64,000 nt of DNA from Psilocybe cubensis (GCA_017499595.2 CM038998.1:2542001-2606000); one strand, 5' to 3'; shown: positions 1-13,932, counted from the first letter of the stretch. Numbers and translations are program-made. The notes: generated from the sequence alone by a model not told the origin.

Positions 1-2022
1 CGGAAACGGTGGTGGAGACGTAGAGGAAAAGGCAGGTGTACTTTGAGCTTGGGGCCGGATGGTCTCGGAATTGGTGCCATGAGAATAGGATTCACCAAGG
101 GAATCTAGCAAAAGTAATCGAGTTAGTTTACTATGATTGATTACATATAAAGCACTCACCTTCAACGGCGTTTTCCCTGCCTTTGGATGTCGAAGCCATC
201 GTACTCTCTTGTTTCATCATTTGCTGCAAAGCGTGGTCACTCTTTGAAGCAATATCGTCGAGGTCGTTTTTCTTCTTCTCTTCTTCCTGTTTCATGAGAA
301 GTTTAAAAAGTTGTATTTCGTCCATAGCTTCCGACCTCCCAGGCAACGTTGCAGGTTGAGACGCTTTGTCGACCGTCGTAGATTTTGAGGGAGGTAAAGA
401 TGCCTCTTTTTCTTTGGATTCCTTCTCCTTCAATCCCTTTTTCCAGGCTTGGATGCCATCTAATTCTCCTGTCGAGCTATGTCCGCCAAGTATTCCCTGC
501 GTAGCTTCATTGGGGACATATGTATCCATCCAAGCAGGTTCCTTCTCCTTCTCACGCTCTTTGTCCTTGCGTTCATCCTTGTCTTTGGTGTCATCAGAGG
601 GATTTCCAGGTTTTCGTTCGCGGGCAGAAGAACGTTTGTATGCTCGGTCATCATTAGTAGCCCATCTTTTATCGGCATTTCCTTCCCAAGTATGATCATT
701 GTTGGGTTTATCTCGTCCACGTTCTCTTCGTGAGGTTGCTATCCTTTCGTCGCGTTTCCCGTCATCTCTCCAACGGCGAGAATCCTCTTCCCCGTCAACG
801 TCTTTATCCCGTCGATGGTCATCACGCTCACGGTCCCCCCGTTGGGGCTTATCGCGGGGTTCTTCGCGGTCCCTTCTTGAAAGAGAAGCATCCCGTTTAG
901 GTCGAGAGGAATCCCGAGTTCTTTCTCTACCATTGTCAATACCTGAAAAGGTTGTTAGGCAAAGATAGGCAAAGAAAAGACAGATGCAGCAACAACTTAC
1001 GGTCCTCGCGGCTAGGCCGAGGAGGCTCTGCACCTAGTAAAAATAGAAAAGTAAGAATAATAAAGTTAAAGTAGAGACGAGGTATCCACCTCTTCTCCAA
1101 TCCTCGCTTGCCTCACCAACTTTTTTCTTGATAGTTTCACGGGCATCTCCCCGCCGAGAGGCAGCGTTTGAAGAAAGCGACTGTTGCGTTCTGGCGCTAT
1201 TTGCATTGAGATGAGGAGCCACCTCTCGATCTTTCCTTGTGGCCAGAGGAAGTGAAAGCCTGTCACGGTCATACTTATCTGATAACTATTGAATACCGCA
1301 TAGGTAAACTGGAACAGAAGAAACTTGTGAATACAACGGCTTACATGTCGAAGCCTTTCATGGCCTTCCTTTTCGCGCATATCGCGTTCTCTTTCTTTGT
1401 CGCCTTCTCTTTCTCTGTCCCTGTCACGATCACTCGGACGCAAAGATTGATGCTTGAAATTTCCCATTTGAGACGGCTGAGTGAGCGCAGTGCGGAATGA
1501 AGGTCGTGCAGATACATCTGTTAATGCTGTTAGAAGAAGTTAAATTTAGAAAGATTCGTCTGCCAACTCACCTCCTTCTTCAGCATCACGGCGATATCTA
1601 ACACGATGAAATGCACATTAGCAAATAATTGTGAAATAGAAATAAAATTCACTCACCGTCGTTCCCTCGGCCCACCAGAAGTTGGTGGATCATCCTTTTT
1701 TACAGAATTTTCGTTTTCAGTTCTAAAAAATAATCAATACTTGAGAATGAACTAAAGCAAGCCTCGGTATGAATCACCCAAACCACACTTTCAGCTCTGG
1801 CATATTCAGTGGCGGTTTCACCAACGGCGAGGCTGAGAGTAGAACAAGTTGACGGCGTGTATACTTCCTAATAGGTCGGGCGGAAGGAGGCGGGGCTTCA
1901 TCGTGCTGTTCACCAACGGCTTCGTTTAGGGCAGTGTTGTCAGGAGACGGGGTCGGGGAGTCGGTTGGAGTTTCTCCAGATTCTTGTGGTTCTTGGAATG
2001 ATGAAGCCGCGGGGGATGGCAT
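1..2022 (-). CDS. Multi-exon low-complexity (R/D/E-rich) protein with an N-terminal eIF4E-binding motif, 4E-T/Eap1-like; 3' end runs off the window
   Basis: ATG at 2022 (MPSPAASSFQ...). Exon 1 contains KYTRRQLV (YxxxxL-phi). Later exons (ORFs 1066-1467 and 131-1033) contain RD/RE repeats, EPAWMD and DGIQAWKKGLKEKE. GT-AG introns link the ORFs. Confidence 0.6.
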
Positions 2023-2197
2023 TCTGGATTTGTGTAGAAAAGAATAGCAAGGGGTTGAGTTGCGCAAAGTGTAGAAGTGGCAGGAACCAAGGCTCTGCAA
2101 CGCGGGCCTTGAAACGATCACAAGGGTGGTAACTCAATTTGCATAATAGTTAACTCAATAAATAAATGCAATCTACTCTCTGATCCAACCTACCAAC

Positions 2198-2535
2198 ATG
2201 CTCACACTCAAACATTTCATTCTAAAACAAGAGGCTATTCATCTATACCGCCATGCTGTACGTGCCTCCAAAGGTTGGTTTGTAACAACTCTTTCTCACA
2301 TAGCAATACCCATATTCTAACTTTTGCAGTCCTACCGGATCCCGTGACAAGAAGAGAAACTATTCTGTGGATCCGCAGCGAATTTGAGAGGAACAAACAT
2401 TTAACAGACATAGTGCGCCTTATGCTTACACATGCTGGTCCATAAATTTATTTTCTGTAGCATCACATAGAAGACAAACTCAGGTTTACCCGGAGGGAAA
2501 TCAAGTCCATATTGCCAACATTCCATGGTCAATAA
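2198..2535 (+). CDS. LYR-motif (Complex 1 LYR family, LYRM2-like) small mitochondrial protein
   Basis: Three exons (2198-2273, 2330-2412, 2461-2535) splice to MLTLKHFILKQEAIHLYRHAVRASKVLPDPVTRRETILWIRSEFERNKHLTDIHHIEDKLRFTRREIKSILPTFHGQ*, with the LYR and R-x-E-F motifs. Absent from the ORF track. Confidence 0.85.
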
Positions 2536-2764
2536 ACTTTGGGTCACGTTATATGTCTCGAAGTACTTAACAACTCTTCGATGTGCAGTTCGCCGGTTAG
2601 TCATTGGTCAGCACGCTCGGATGATATACTTAAAAGGAGTGGCATTAGATACAAGGTTCACGACACTTGAGCGCTTATCTCAATGATCCACATCTACGCA
2701 TAGACACCCTCTCCATATCGCCTGGATCCAGATTCTATAGTATCTGTTTTCTTGTCCCAGAGTC

Positions 2765-5700
2765 ATGGAACTCTATCTAAACAACGTAGATTGGAATTTG
2801 TCAAGGCAGCAAATTACCGAGCATTTAGCAGTAGTTCTTCATGGTACTTCCTTCGCGGATTTATCACCCCGGAAACCTATAAACTTCCATGTTCATCTAC
2901 ATCCGGACAAATCAGGAATACGAAAACACTCTGGCAAAGGTGCTTTAACCTTACCGAGCCCTCAGATTGGCGAGCGCTTTTTGAGTCTATATGGATCACA
3001 ACAGCCTCGATTTCCCCTTATCATTGGAAGAAAGACAATCTCTGTTGCCATCAGTCGCAAACCCAATGGTCGAAGGGACGTCGTCGAAAAAATCACCCTG
3101 CAACGTTATATGGATCCATATGCCGATGCTGAACGAGAGAGAGAGGTCACCGAACTCAACTCAAGAAGCATCCCTGTGCAAATTGTACAGTTTGGTTGGG
3201 AGTGTCGAGATTACGTTTTTTCCATCGAATGCGAACACCAATGCGATATGAAAACGAAACTTTTATTTAACGCCGAAAGAAGAGAAATTCGCATGAATGT
3301 TTGTCACATCGGCAGGGAAATATATTATATCGCTATGCCCTTCTCAAATATCGACTCTATCGTGATCGACCACTACCTTCGTCGAGAAGCTGCGATAGTT
3401 TTCGTTCTCAATACAGCCCCAACATATGAATGCGAAGAACCTCTTTCTAAACTTCGACGACGACTTTCGTATCTTCCTATTCCTGGGCATGAACGAATTG
3501 CCCCATATACCTCACTGGCCATCCGAATAGTTTGTCCTTCCAGTCAGGACCTGACTGTGTTTAGGCGTCTCTGTGTTGCTGCTCATTTGCATAAACAGGC
3601 TGATTATGAGTATCCAATTGCACGTAGAAACATTTTCTCTGCCGACGCGCTGAATAGCCTCCAAATTCATCTGAGGCGATTTAATTGGCAAGTCGCTTTC
3701 CAGATAGAATCACTCGTTCGGAAAATGACGGTCGACGTCCAAGAAATACTCTACCTTATACCTTCAATTGGGCGCATGGTTGAAGTAGAGGGAAAAGCTT
3801 TTACATCTACAATGCTGCGCAAATTTGGGATCAATGCTAAAGCAATGTTCGTGGATGAAGTGGACTACGAAGAAGTTTCCATTCGTGAATGCTTCGACAG
3901 TACGTACAAGGAACTCAAAGCACTTAAAGATACCAACACCTTGAAACCCACCGATGATAACATCTATGATGCATTCCATGTCACAATAACTCCCACCTCG
4001 ATGTTCTTGGACGGGCCATTCCCTGAACGGTCTAACCGCGTTATTCGTGCCTACGAATCGAAACATCACGAATCTTTTTTACGGGTTAGCTTTGTGGACG
4101 AAGCCAAGATGAAATACCGTTTTGACCGGGAAATAGATGGCCCACAGTTTATTCGGGAACGAGTGGGCCCAATTCTCTTGGAAGGGTTGAAGATTGCTGG
4201 GAGAAAGTTTGACTTCCTAGCCTACTCTCAGTCTGCTTTAAAGGAACATGCTGTTTGGTGAGTGTTTCTCGTCTAATCATTGCGACAATCTACAGGTTGA
4301 TAAATCTCGTACCATAGGTTCGTCAAGCCTTTTAGAGATCACCGTCGCGGATATGTAAACGCAGAAATCATCATTGCAGGATTGGGTAATTTTCATGTTG
4401 GGACTGATAGCAAACTTTTATATTGTCCGGCTAGATATGCTGCACGTCTATCCCAAGCCTTTACTGCGACAGACGCAGTCAAAATTGAAGCAGAAGAGAT
4501 ACTGATCGTCCCCGATATCAAGTCTCCAGATGGAAAATACGAATTTACTGATGGTGTTGGAACACTATCACTGGATCTAGCAATCGAGATATGGTCACGA
4601 CTGAAAGCAACAAAGCGACGAAAACGAGCGCGACCTTCTGTTGCCCGAGCATTTCAGATTAGGATGGGTGGTTCGAAAGGAATGTTATCTGTGGACCATA
4701 CTCTGCCTGGACTCACTATATGTCTACGTGATTCTATGATTAAGTTTGACGCCCCAAGGACGCCATTCATAGAAATTGCACAGTCATTCGATCGACCTGG
4801 AAATTACTATCTCAATCGACCTTTGATCATGCTGCTCGAGGGATTAGGGGTTCCCTATTCCGTTTTCCGCCATTACCAAGATCTTGCCGTGGAATCGACA
4901 AAGAGTGCCGCACAATCTCTCAGTGAAGCGGCCAAACTTTTCGAGAGTTATGGTCTCGGATCTTCTTTCAGACTTACTTCTGTCATGATGTCTTTGGTGA
5001 AAATAGGGGTTCACAGCCTTCCAGGAAATCCTTTCTATCAAAAAATGATGGAATATGCTATTAACCACATACTCCGGGACCTGAAGAATAAAGCCCGCAT
5101 TCCTATACCTAACGCTTGGACGCTGGTTGGCGTGGCTGATGTCCATCGCTTCCTTCAACCTAATCAAATTTTTGCCTGTGTCCAGCCCATCAATGGGAAG
5201 GTGAAATATCTGTCAGGACCTGTGTTAATATCCCGTTCCCCGACTATACATCCGGGTGATGTCACAATAGTGCATGCTATCGGACATCCTCCTAAGGGCA
5301 GTTGCTTCGCAGTTGAGCCACTACCAAACACTGTTGTTTTCAGCGTCCTCGGTTAGTCATGTCGTTTTATTTATTCAGACGTGTCCTTATTGTGTACAGG
5401 GACGCGGCCAGTTCCATCTTGCCTTGGCGGAGGGGATTTGGATGGAGACATGTACAATTTGATACCTCTTGACGATTTGCCGGAATTCTATCCCACTAGA
5501 CTGTCTGAACCTGCAAGTTATGCCCCAGCACAGAGAAAGCTTTTGGACCGTCCTAGTACTATGGCAGATGTTGCGCAATTTGTTATGGAGTATATCAACT
5601 CGGATGTGAGCAAAGGATCTGATATTTGAAAATTGCAAAAAAAAAAAAAACTGAAACATCGCTTCCCATAGGTTGTAGGGATCATAGCCATTAACTGGCT

Positions 5701-6532
5701 CATTATTGCTGATCAAAGCAAAGATGGAATTTTTGATGCAGATTGCCTGAAATTGTCTCAACTTCATAGTGACGCCGTCGATTATCCAAAATCAGGATGT
5801 CCAGTAGAGCTGTCACAGATTCCGAAATTGAAAATTCGTATAAAACCGGATTGGAATGCTCCTGAAACAGTCAATCTCGATGCTTCAGATTATTACGAAA
5901 GCACTGCAGCGATTGGGCGCTTATTCCGAGCCATTGATCTACCCGTTGAGCAACTTCAACACGGATCTACTGGAGGACGCCGTAGACATAAAGAAAACCT
6001 GACAAAAGATGGTGTGGAAGAAGTACAAAACCTGCTCCGAACTTTGGATTTGCACACTCAAAATCACGTTTTTCGAGCAGTGGAAGGGCGTGTTGAAGAA
6101 TTTATCGACACTAACAGTGCATGGGGAGAAGAAGACATAGAGATTGTATCAAGTTTGTTTAGTCGCTATACGACGGAACTACGAGGTATTTGTGCATTGA
6201 ATACCATGTCGTATTCGCGCGGCGCCCAATTAACTGAAGAAGAAGCTGTCGTCGGCACAATTGTTCAGAAAAGCTCACAGCCGCGAAAAAGAGCGGACAT
6301 GATGGGGAAATTGAGGGAGAGCACTGATATTTTAGTTCGAGCTATTCGAGAGGAGTTGGCCGGAGATGATCATACAAACGATTACGAACATCTTCAACGC
6401 GCATGGCTAGCTTGGGAGCTTGCAGTAGCTCGCAAAACAACTTTTGGTGCTCATAGTTTTGGATGGGTGGCTCTTGGTGCCATTTTTGAGGCGATTCGGG
6501 ACATTGAATCATTGCAAGAAATAGGTATTTGA
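2765..6532 (+). CDS. Cellular RNA-dependent RNA polymerase (RNAi RdRP) with N-terminal RRM-like region
   Basis: Four exons. Motifs FLRVSFVDE, FLAYSQSALKEH, FTDGVG, FQIRMGGSKG, RSPTIHPGD, catalytic GGDLDGD (DLDGD at 5435-5449) and HSDAVDYPKSG. Confidence 0.95.
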
Positions 6533-6617
6533 CCCGTGCGGATGACAAAACGTACGACAAATGCGGTAATTGTATTGGATTCCAGTTCGCTACTAGTCAT
6601 GTCATCTGTATAATGTA

Positions 6618-7220
6618 TTATGCCTGATTTCGTAAGACTAACATCCATCAGCAGATGTAAAAGGATTTGTTTTAACATTGTGACTTACTCAAGATCACAG
6701 AATCACCTCTGGAGGACGAAAATATGATGATAAGAACATGGCGCTAAATGAGATACGCAGATTTTTTACCTGAGGAACATTTTGCTAATGAAACGGTCTT
6801 TATTGACTGGCTTTTTATTTTTCCCTTTTGGAACTTCTGTCCACATCTACACCACCTTTAGATTCCAATTAAAATAACAGTTGAAAGGGTTGCACACCTC
6901 CTTCACATTCTCCAGAACCTGGACAGCGTTAGTTGGTAGTCTGTGAGTGCGGAGGACAAGATAGAACCAACCATGTTGCTATGTCTATCAAATGCTTTGA
7001 CACGAGCGAGGAGTTTCTTGTTGTTTCGAAGGGAAATAAGGACTTGGGCATGGTTTCTAACCGCCTGTTGTAAGACAGACAAGGGTCCTTGCGAGATTTC
7101 GTGTTCTTCGAGTTGGCGTAGCTGAGCTTCATCTAACTCGGACTTGGGTACGTGGACATATTGACTAAGTTCAAAATCAGTCTAATGACATTTTCAAGGA
7201 AGTAAAAACACTGGCCTCAT
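6618..7220 (-). CDS. SMD2: Small nuclear ribonucleoprotein Sm D2
   Basis: Manual splice gives [111 protein letters not shown]. The frame is not shown in the ORF track. Confidence 0.93.
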
Positions 7221-7401
7221 GATGTCGAATTACAAGTTTTACTAACAATGGTCCTTGGACCTGAACGATAGCAGCTGAGCATGCAAGCCATTGTTTGGTG
7301 GCAGCGTCTTTGCCAAATAAAAACTTTCCATAGCCAATATTTTAATTGTGCTTCACGAAAGATAGTCACTTTGTTACTTTTCATCAGGTCACTCTTCGAC
7401 A

Positions 7402-9461
7402 ATGGGTCGTCTAAGAGTAAAAGGGAAGGCTGGCGCTGCAAAGAACTATACTACGAGGAGTGCTGCTGTCAAAAAGCTTCAGTGCTCTCTCGCTGATTTC
7501 CGTCGTCTATGTATTTTGAAGGGTGTGTTTAGCATGTTCTGTTATACCGCGACCTTACTGATATGTGTTAAGGAATATTCCCTCGAGAGCCACGTAGCAG
7601 AAAAAAGGCCAATAAAGGGTCGTCGGCACCCACATCATTTTATTACACGAAAGATATTGCATACCTTGCCCATGAACCTATTCTGAAGAAACTGCGAGAA
7701 CATAAAGCTTTTGCCAAGAAGCTTTCCCGTGCATTAGGTCGGGGAGAATGGAGCAGCGCCAAAAGTTTGGAGGAAAACAAACCTGTCTATCGTCTCGATC
7801 ACATTATTAAAGAGCGGTAGGTATGTCTCATTTTTTGGAACGAGCACAACCGTTTATCTGCATTTCTACAAGTTATCCCACATTCATTGATGCAATTCGA
7901 GATATCGATGATGCTTTGTGCATGGTCTTCCTATTCGCCTCTCTTCCATCGAATTCCCGCCTTCCTTCCGAACTAGTAGAAAACTGCGCAAGACTATCCG
8001 CCGAGTGGCAGCTATATGTTATGCACTCTAAGTCTCTTCGCAAAGTCTTTTTATCCATCAAAGGCGTATATTATCAAGCAGAAATTATGGATCAGACTGT
8101 TACGTGGCTGGTCCCTTATTTATTCACACAGAATGTAAGGCATTCCCTTCTATGTTGCTATTTCTTGTATCTAAAATCATCTCTCAAGGTCCCTGCCGAT
8201 GTAGACATCCGTGTCATGCTTACATTCTTGGAATTATACCAAACGCTCTTGGGTTTCGTCTTTTTCAAGCTCTATACTGATGCCGGCTTGGTGTATCCTC
8301 CTCCATTGGATGTCAAAAAAGAGGAACAAGGTGCTGGTGTCAATGCTTTTGATCTTCAGGACAGCTCACGGCAACCTGCCAACAAACCAATCAAAGTAGC
8401 TGAGGTTGACGGTCGTAAAATCACAAGTAAAGTGGTGCGACAGACTATCAAAGCCATTACATCTGGTGACAGTGAAGACGTCGCTGGCTTGAACTTATCA
8501 AATCCGGAATCGACAGAAGCAGATATGGAAGAAGAAGAATTTGTCCAACAAAGCTCAAAAACCCAAAAAACGACCACGGTCATTCTTCCTACACTCCAAA
8601 CGCTTTCTAATTTGCCGCAAACACTATCAACAAGTCTTTTTTCTTCCTACACCTTTTTTCTTTCCCGAGAAACGCCGCGTTCTATCTTTGAGTTCATCGT
8701 TCGCTCTTTCGGTGGCCGCATTGGCTGGCCTTCATCATCCGGGAGCGGTTCTCCATTTGATGAGACCGACCCCACCATTACTCATGTCATCATTGATCGA
8801 CCTGTTGTAGAAAAACAGGAAACTCCAGAACAACGTGAACTCCGTTTGCGGCGGAAGTTTGTCCAGCCTCAGTGGATTGTAGACTGCATAAATGCCGGCA
8901 AGATCCTGCTCGAAGATCCTTATGCCCAAGGCAAATCATTACCTCCCCATCTCAGTCCATTTGGCGAATACGAAGGGGCCTATATCCCAGCTGTCGAGGC
9001 TGCAGATGAGGAGACAATGCAAGACGAGGAGGAGGAAGGCGACGGTGAAGAAATGGATGTCGATGACGAAGGCAATGGTGTTCGTGGTGTCCTGGATGTT
9101 GTCGCAGCAGCCGCGAGTGAGGAAACGTCATTGAGAGCGGCCGAACTCGCCGCGGAAGCTGCGGGCGTTGACTTCGGTACTTTTGAAGCTACAGTCAAGC
9201 GAGCCCACAAGAAGCAGGTCAAAAAGTCGACGACCGACGCATTGGAAGAAGCAGAGCAGGATATGAACAAGATGATGATGAGTAACAAACAGAGGAAACT
9301 CTACGAGAAGATGAAGTACAGCAATCAAAAAAAGGAGGCCGAGGTATGTGAGGTGTTAGGTTGAGAAATGATTGTACTAACAGCCACCTTTCTAGCGAAT
9401 GCATTTGGAGAGCAAGAGAAAGGAGCTTACGAAACAGAAACGCAAAGATAGGCATGCCTAA
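7402..9461 (+). CDS. NOP7: Pescadillo homolog (60S biogenesis, BRCT domain)
   Basis: [60 protein letters not shown] segment ITHVIIDRP...[11 protein letters not shown], and LPPHLSPF. Confidence 0.95.
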
Positions 9462-9763
9462 AACTAATGGTTTGACGATTCCCAGTCTTGGCAAAAGTAA
9501 TATTATTCGGTTTATTCGCTTGTAAGATTATACAAAGATGGTATTAGATTAATTGATCAAACATTTGGGTCACGTTATTGGCGCGGCCAACGGCGTCTGA
9601 GTTTGAGTAATAAATGTATTAGTAGAACAACGTTATGTAGTACGACTTCGGCCATTATTTCTCGAATCTCCTCACCGATGTCTGCCTCTTAGTTCTCTTC
9701 ACAGATAAACTCCGGTCTTCATGCGCGCGATATCCAGTTTCAAGGACCTCACTTTACTTATCC

Positions 9764-12700
9764 ATGATATCGACCCCGTCGCCGTCTTCAGCACACCCCT
9801 TTCTGATCCCAGCGGAATCTCACATGTCTCCACTTAAACGGCCTAATGTTTCTAACCCTCACGATGCGCCTTCCAACTCTCCACCGCCATATACACAAAG
9901 CTCCTCTTCGTCGGTATTGCTTGCCGAGATGACAACTACCCGGACGGAGGTTGTAACTACAACGACTACAGAAACTACAACCCATTTCTTTTCTCTGCCT
10001 TACTGGAAAAGACGTAATGGCGCACTGTCTCCAGCTTCACAACGGACCAGCATTGATGATCTTTCGTCATCTATCACCTCTTCGAAGTCTGGAACCTTCC
10101 CGTCATTTGTGGATAAGGCATTACCACCAACTCCACCAGAGCCTCTCGACACCTCTTTTACGACAAACGAAAAACGCGACGGCCAAACGACAAACACAAC
10201 GTCTCCTATATATCATCCCGACGATGTGCCTTCTCAGCCTCGGAAAGTTAGTACAGGGACTCAGTCTGCAGCCGCTTTGGCCCATGCAGCGTTAGGGTTA
10301 GGCTTACCCCACGTAGGCTTACCTCACTCGTCAGTGTCCTTCCCCCGTCCGAGTTCAAGCCACAGCCCCTTGGGAAGTCGTACTTCTCCTTCCTTATCTT
10401 CTCCAGGTGTTAGAAGATCAAAAAGTTCACATCGTATATTATCAAAACGCGTTTCTGAAACTCAAGAAAATGACCATGCACAAATACGGGTCGACTCGCG
10501 TAGGCAGCGAGGCCTATCTTTTAATTCTTCTTCTTTCCTGAACGTCGCCAACTCCGATATCAAAGGGAAAGGGAAAGACACAGCGATACCTACAACTGCA
10601 CCAGAAACCGCAAAGAAGCCCCCGAAGCCTCTGACCCGTAAATCATCCTTTTGGAATAGAAGAAAAGGGATAGATGCCGGTGAATCGACGAACCCAGTGT
10701 CGGATGATTCATTTGTATCACTGCCCCCACTTCCTCCTGTTCATCATGTCTCTCCCTTCGATGTTCATGATTTCCAGAATTCTCCGAATTCGACAATAGG
10801 TTCTAACAGAGAACAAATACATAGCACCCGGCCTTTTCATCCCAATTTGTCTTCACCAGAAATATTGGATGGCTCAAAATCAACATTGCCTTGGCCGACT
10901 TCAGAGCAAGCTACAACTTTCAACGGTGTAACAGAATCATTGCAATCAAACGGCACTCCGTCATCTTACTCGAGGGCAAGAAGACAAACGAGCACACCCT
11001 TTCTTCACAGATTATCTCTTGGTGTTTTTTCCCCCGGGGAATCCTCCCCTTCTGCCAGTTCTGCGCTTCATGTTTATCCACAGTCTGCGACGGCATCTAT
11101 TACTCCCACAATTTTTCCTTGTAAACAAGAAACCCCAATTCCTAGACCGCACAGCGAGGAAGAATCCCCCGAGGGATATTTAACGCGCTTGAAAAATGCA
11201 GTTAGCAAATCAGAAGTCGCGGGTATCTTGGCCTCAAGGTAAGCTTCAAATCAACGTCATGATCTTTTCCCATTTTCTCAACGTCATTAGCTCTGACCCT
11301 TTTCACGCTCGTGCGCTCCGAGAATATATCAGCCAATTTGACTTCCTAGATATACCTCTTGATGTTGCTCTACGGAAGTTGCTCATGGAAGTTGGACTTC
11401 CACGAGAAACGCAACAGATCGACAGAGTAATGGAAGCCTTCGCTTACCGATATATGCAATGCAACAGTGATATCTTTGTATCTGAGGGTGAGTGATTGCT
11501 AACTAGTATTTTCTGCTTGTTTTTAATAGGTTGTATAGACCATCCTTATATATTAGCATTCAGCTTGATAATGCTGCACACAGACACGTTTAATCCTTCT
11601 AACAAGCGGAAAATGACTAAGTCCGATTATATCAAGAACACGAAACTTCCGGGCATTCCAACAGAAATTTTAGATGTAAGGTCTGTCACCCTCGCCTGAT
11701 GGTAACAAGTGATAACTTTCTTTGCAGTGCTTCTTTGATAATATTGTCTTCGCTCCTTTCATCTTCATTGAGGATCCAGTTGACTTTAATGGCCAACCTG
11801 GGTTAGTTTCCGACGTTACGCGACCTTCTTTGGTTAGCACGCCTTCCTCGTCTGTGTCGGTGAATGGTTCAGGTTCATTCAAGATGGGCAATCGAGTAGA
11901 TCCGTACTATTTGATTACAAATGTAAGTATCTTTTCATGTGCAGTAGATTATTCTTATACTTCACTCAGAATTTACTTGAACCACTACGGGTGGACGTCA
12001 ACTCTTTGGTGTCTTTAGAAAACCCGTTTACGTATGAGGGTACAGATGGTCCCTGGGACGAACACGAACTGCATCAAGCGTTCGTTAACGCAAGCGTCAT
12101 TGAGATCGAGATGCCAACGGTCAATCGGGCGATGTCTCTGTTCGCCCGAAGCCCCAGTTTGAAATCTACCCCTTTGGTCTCGGTTGGTAATGGAGCAGAA
12201 GATTACCCTTCTGTACAACAAAAGGGAGAAACATGGAGCTTAAAAGTTAGTAAGGTAGGCATCCTCAACAGGAAAGATGACGTGACCGGAAGCGGCAAAA
12301 AATCATCAAACCGAAAATGGAAAACTTGGACAGTTGTTTTGACTGGATCGCAATTGCTTTTATTTCGTGACAATTCCTGGGCTGCAGCCTTGAATCAGCC
12401 TTACGAGTCATTTGCCGAGCATGTTGTATCTCCTGCTCTACCAAGCTCTACATTTAGGCCAGATGAAACCTTTTCGGTAAAGGATGCAATAGCTGTTTAC
12501 GATAGTTCATATATTAAGGTACTTCCAAGTTTTTTTTGAGTATGCCGCCGCGTAATTGACACATTGCAACCAGCACAAACATGTGATGCGATTCGTTTTG
12601 CCAGATGGACGCCAAATTCTTCTGCAGGCATCTGATGCAAAAGATCTCAATGAATGGATATCCAGGATTAATTACGCCAGTACATTCAAGACAGCAGGGG

Positions 12701-13932
12701 TGCGGATGCGCCCCCAAGGGTTATCTAGCGAAGATGCACTCCTGACAGGTGTTGCAGCAGCTACATCTCATCTTCATGATCTACAAAAACACCCTGACCA
12801 TTCAAATATCGCTCGTGCTCGCTCCTGGGACTCTAACGCTCCACAGGACCTTATGGAGATGTTGTCAGGACCTCCCGCTGACCGAACTGCCCTTAAACGA
12901 AGGGTTACAATGGTCACCACAAACGCCAACTTTGATCTGGACGTACCAGTGGCCCCGGAAGTTGAAGGAGCTGAACAATTCAAAGCAACCTTTGACCAGG
13001 TCAAAGCTGATCTAGCGTCTGAAATATGGCCCTCAGATCATGAAGCGTGGTTGCCAGAAGGAGATGAAGTTACCAACGTCTACGACTCTCCCTTGGGCTC
13101 TCCTTTGTCCATAGGTAGCACCAATTCTCGTCTTCCTTCACGGTCCCAGATCATTCAAAGCAAGATCATTGAACTCGATTCAAAGATTGAAGCAACGCAG
13201 AATCACCTTGATGCCGATATGCGCTTCATTCGTAATATCGCGATCCTTACTCCATTCCAAAAGTCCACTCGTTCAAGACTTGCTACGTCTTTACAAGGCG
13301 TGGCTAAACGTGTTACTCAACTTCGTTTAGAAATGGAGAAACTACAGTGTCATCGCGCGGTGCTTCGTTGTGATCTTTCTTCAGAGGGACGTTCGTGGAA
13401 TTATTCCAAACGCGTAGCTCTGCGAGTGGCTAAGAAGACCCTACAAACCCGGCGTTCTCAGACTATCCCTGTGATGTCTGTCGAGCTTCCTAAGAGCCCT
13501 CTGTTTTCGGATGATTTGTCGAAGGAGTCCCCTCCCCTTTCTCAAAGACTAGGCTCATCACCATCTGATTCTTTCCATTCTGCTGCCGAATCTGGCTTTG
13601 CATGGCCATCGTCGGAAGACCTCAATCTCCTTGGCTCTCAGTTTGGCACATCGAGGCCCGATCTTTCTTGTTCCAGTTCATCTTTTCCCAAAGAATGGAC
13701 AAATGAGGACAAGCGCCAAAGATCATCGTCACTGTCATCCGACTCTAATCACCTGTCTTCTAATCATGGACATGAAGATATCGGTCTTGTGTATTTTGAT
13801 ACCCAGGAAGGTATCGAAGATGACCTAGCGGAGGAATGGAACCGGACTAGATGCGCCCAACGCGTCTCTCTCATTCAAGTACCGTCCAACATCATGATCA
13901 CGAACAGATTAAAGAATCAATCACATTCCTAA
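9764..13932 (+). CDS. Sec7 plus PH domain Arf guanine-nucleotide exchange factor (Syt1-like)
   Basis: Sec7 motifs LDVALRKLL..LPRETQQIDRVMEAFA and YILAFSLIMLHTD. PH segment KVGILNRKDD...RKWKTWTVVLTGSQLLLF...EWISRINYA. Long S/P-rich N-terminus. Confidence 0.88.

Noticed and set aside
2592..2670. tRNA-like start (GCCGGTTAGTCATTGGTCAG) and a GGTTCA element upstream of the RdRP
   Set aside because: I could not form an acceptor stem or T-arm, and the box motifs are degenerate. tRNAscan-SE would settle it.
5637..5650. Poly(A) runs here and at about 34489-34503 as retro-element tails
   Set aside because: Both sit inside normal-length introns with no target-site duplication or element body.
2765..6532. 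RdRP as an endogenous viral element
   Set aside because: It has the DLDGD cellular-type motif and spliceosomal introns, not the viral GDD palm motifs.
10292..10302. TTAGGGTTAGG telomere-like sequence
   Set aside because: It lies in coding sequence (LGLGL) of the Sec7 gene and is explained by codons.
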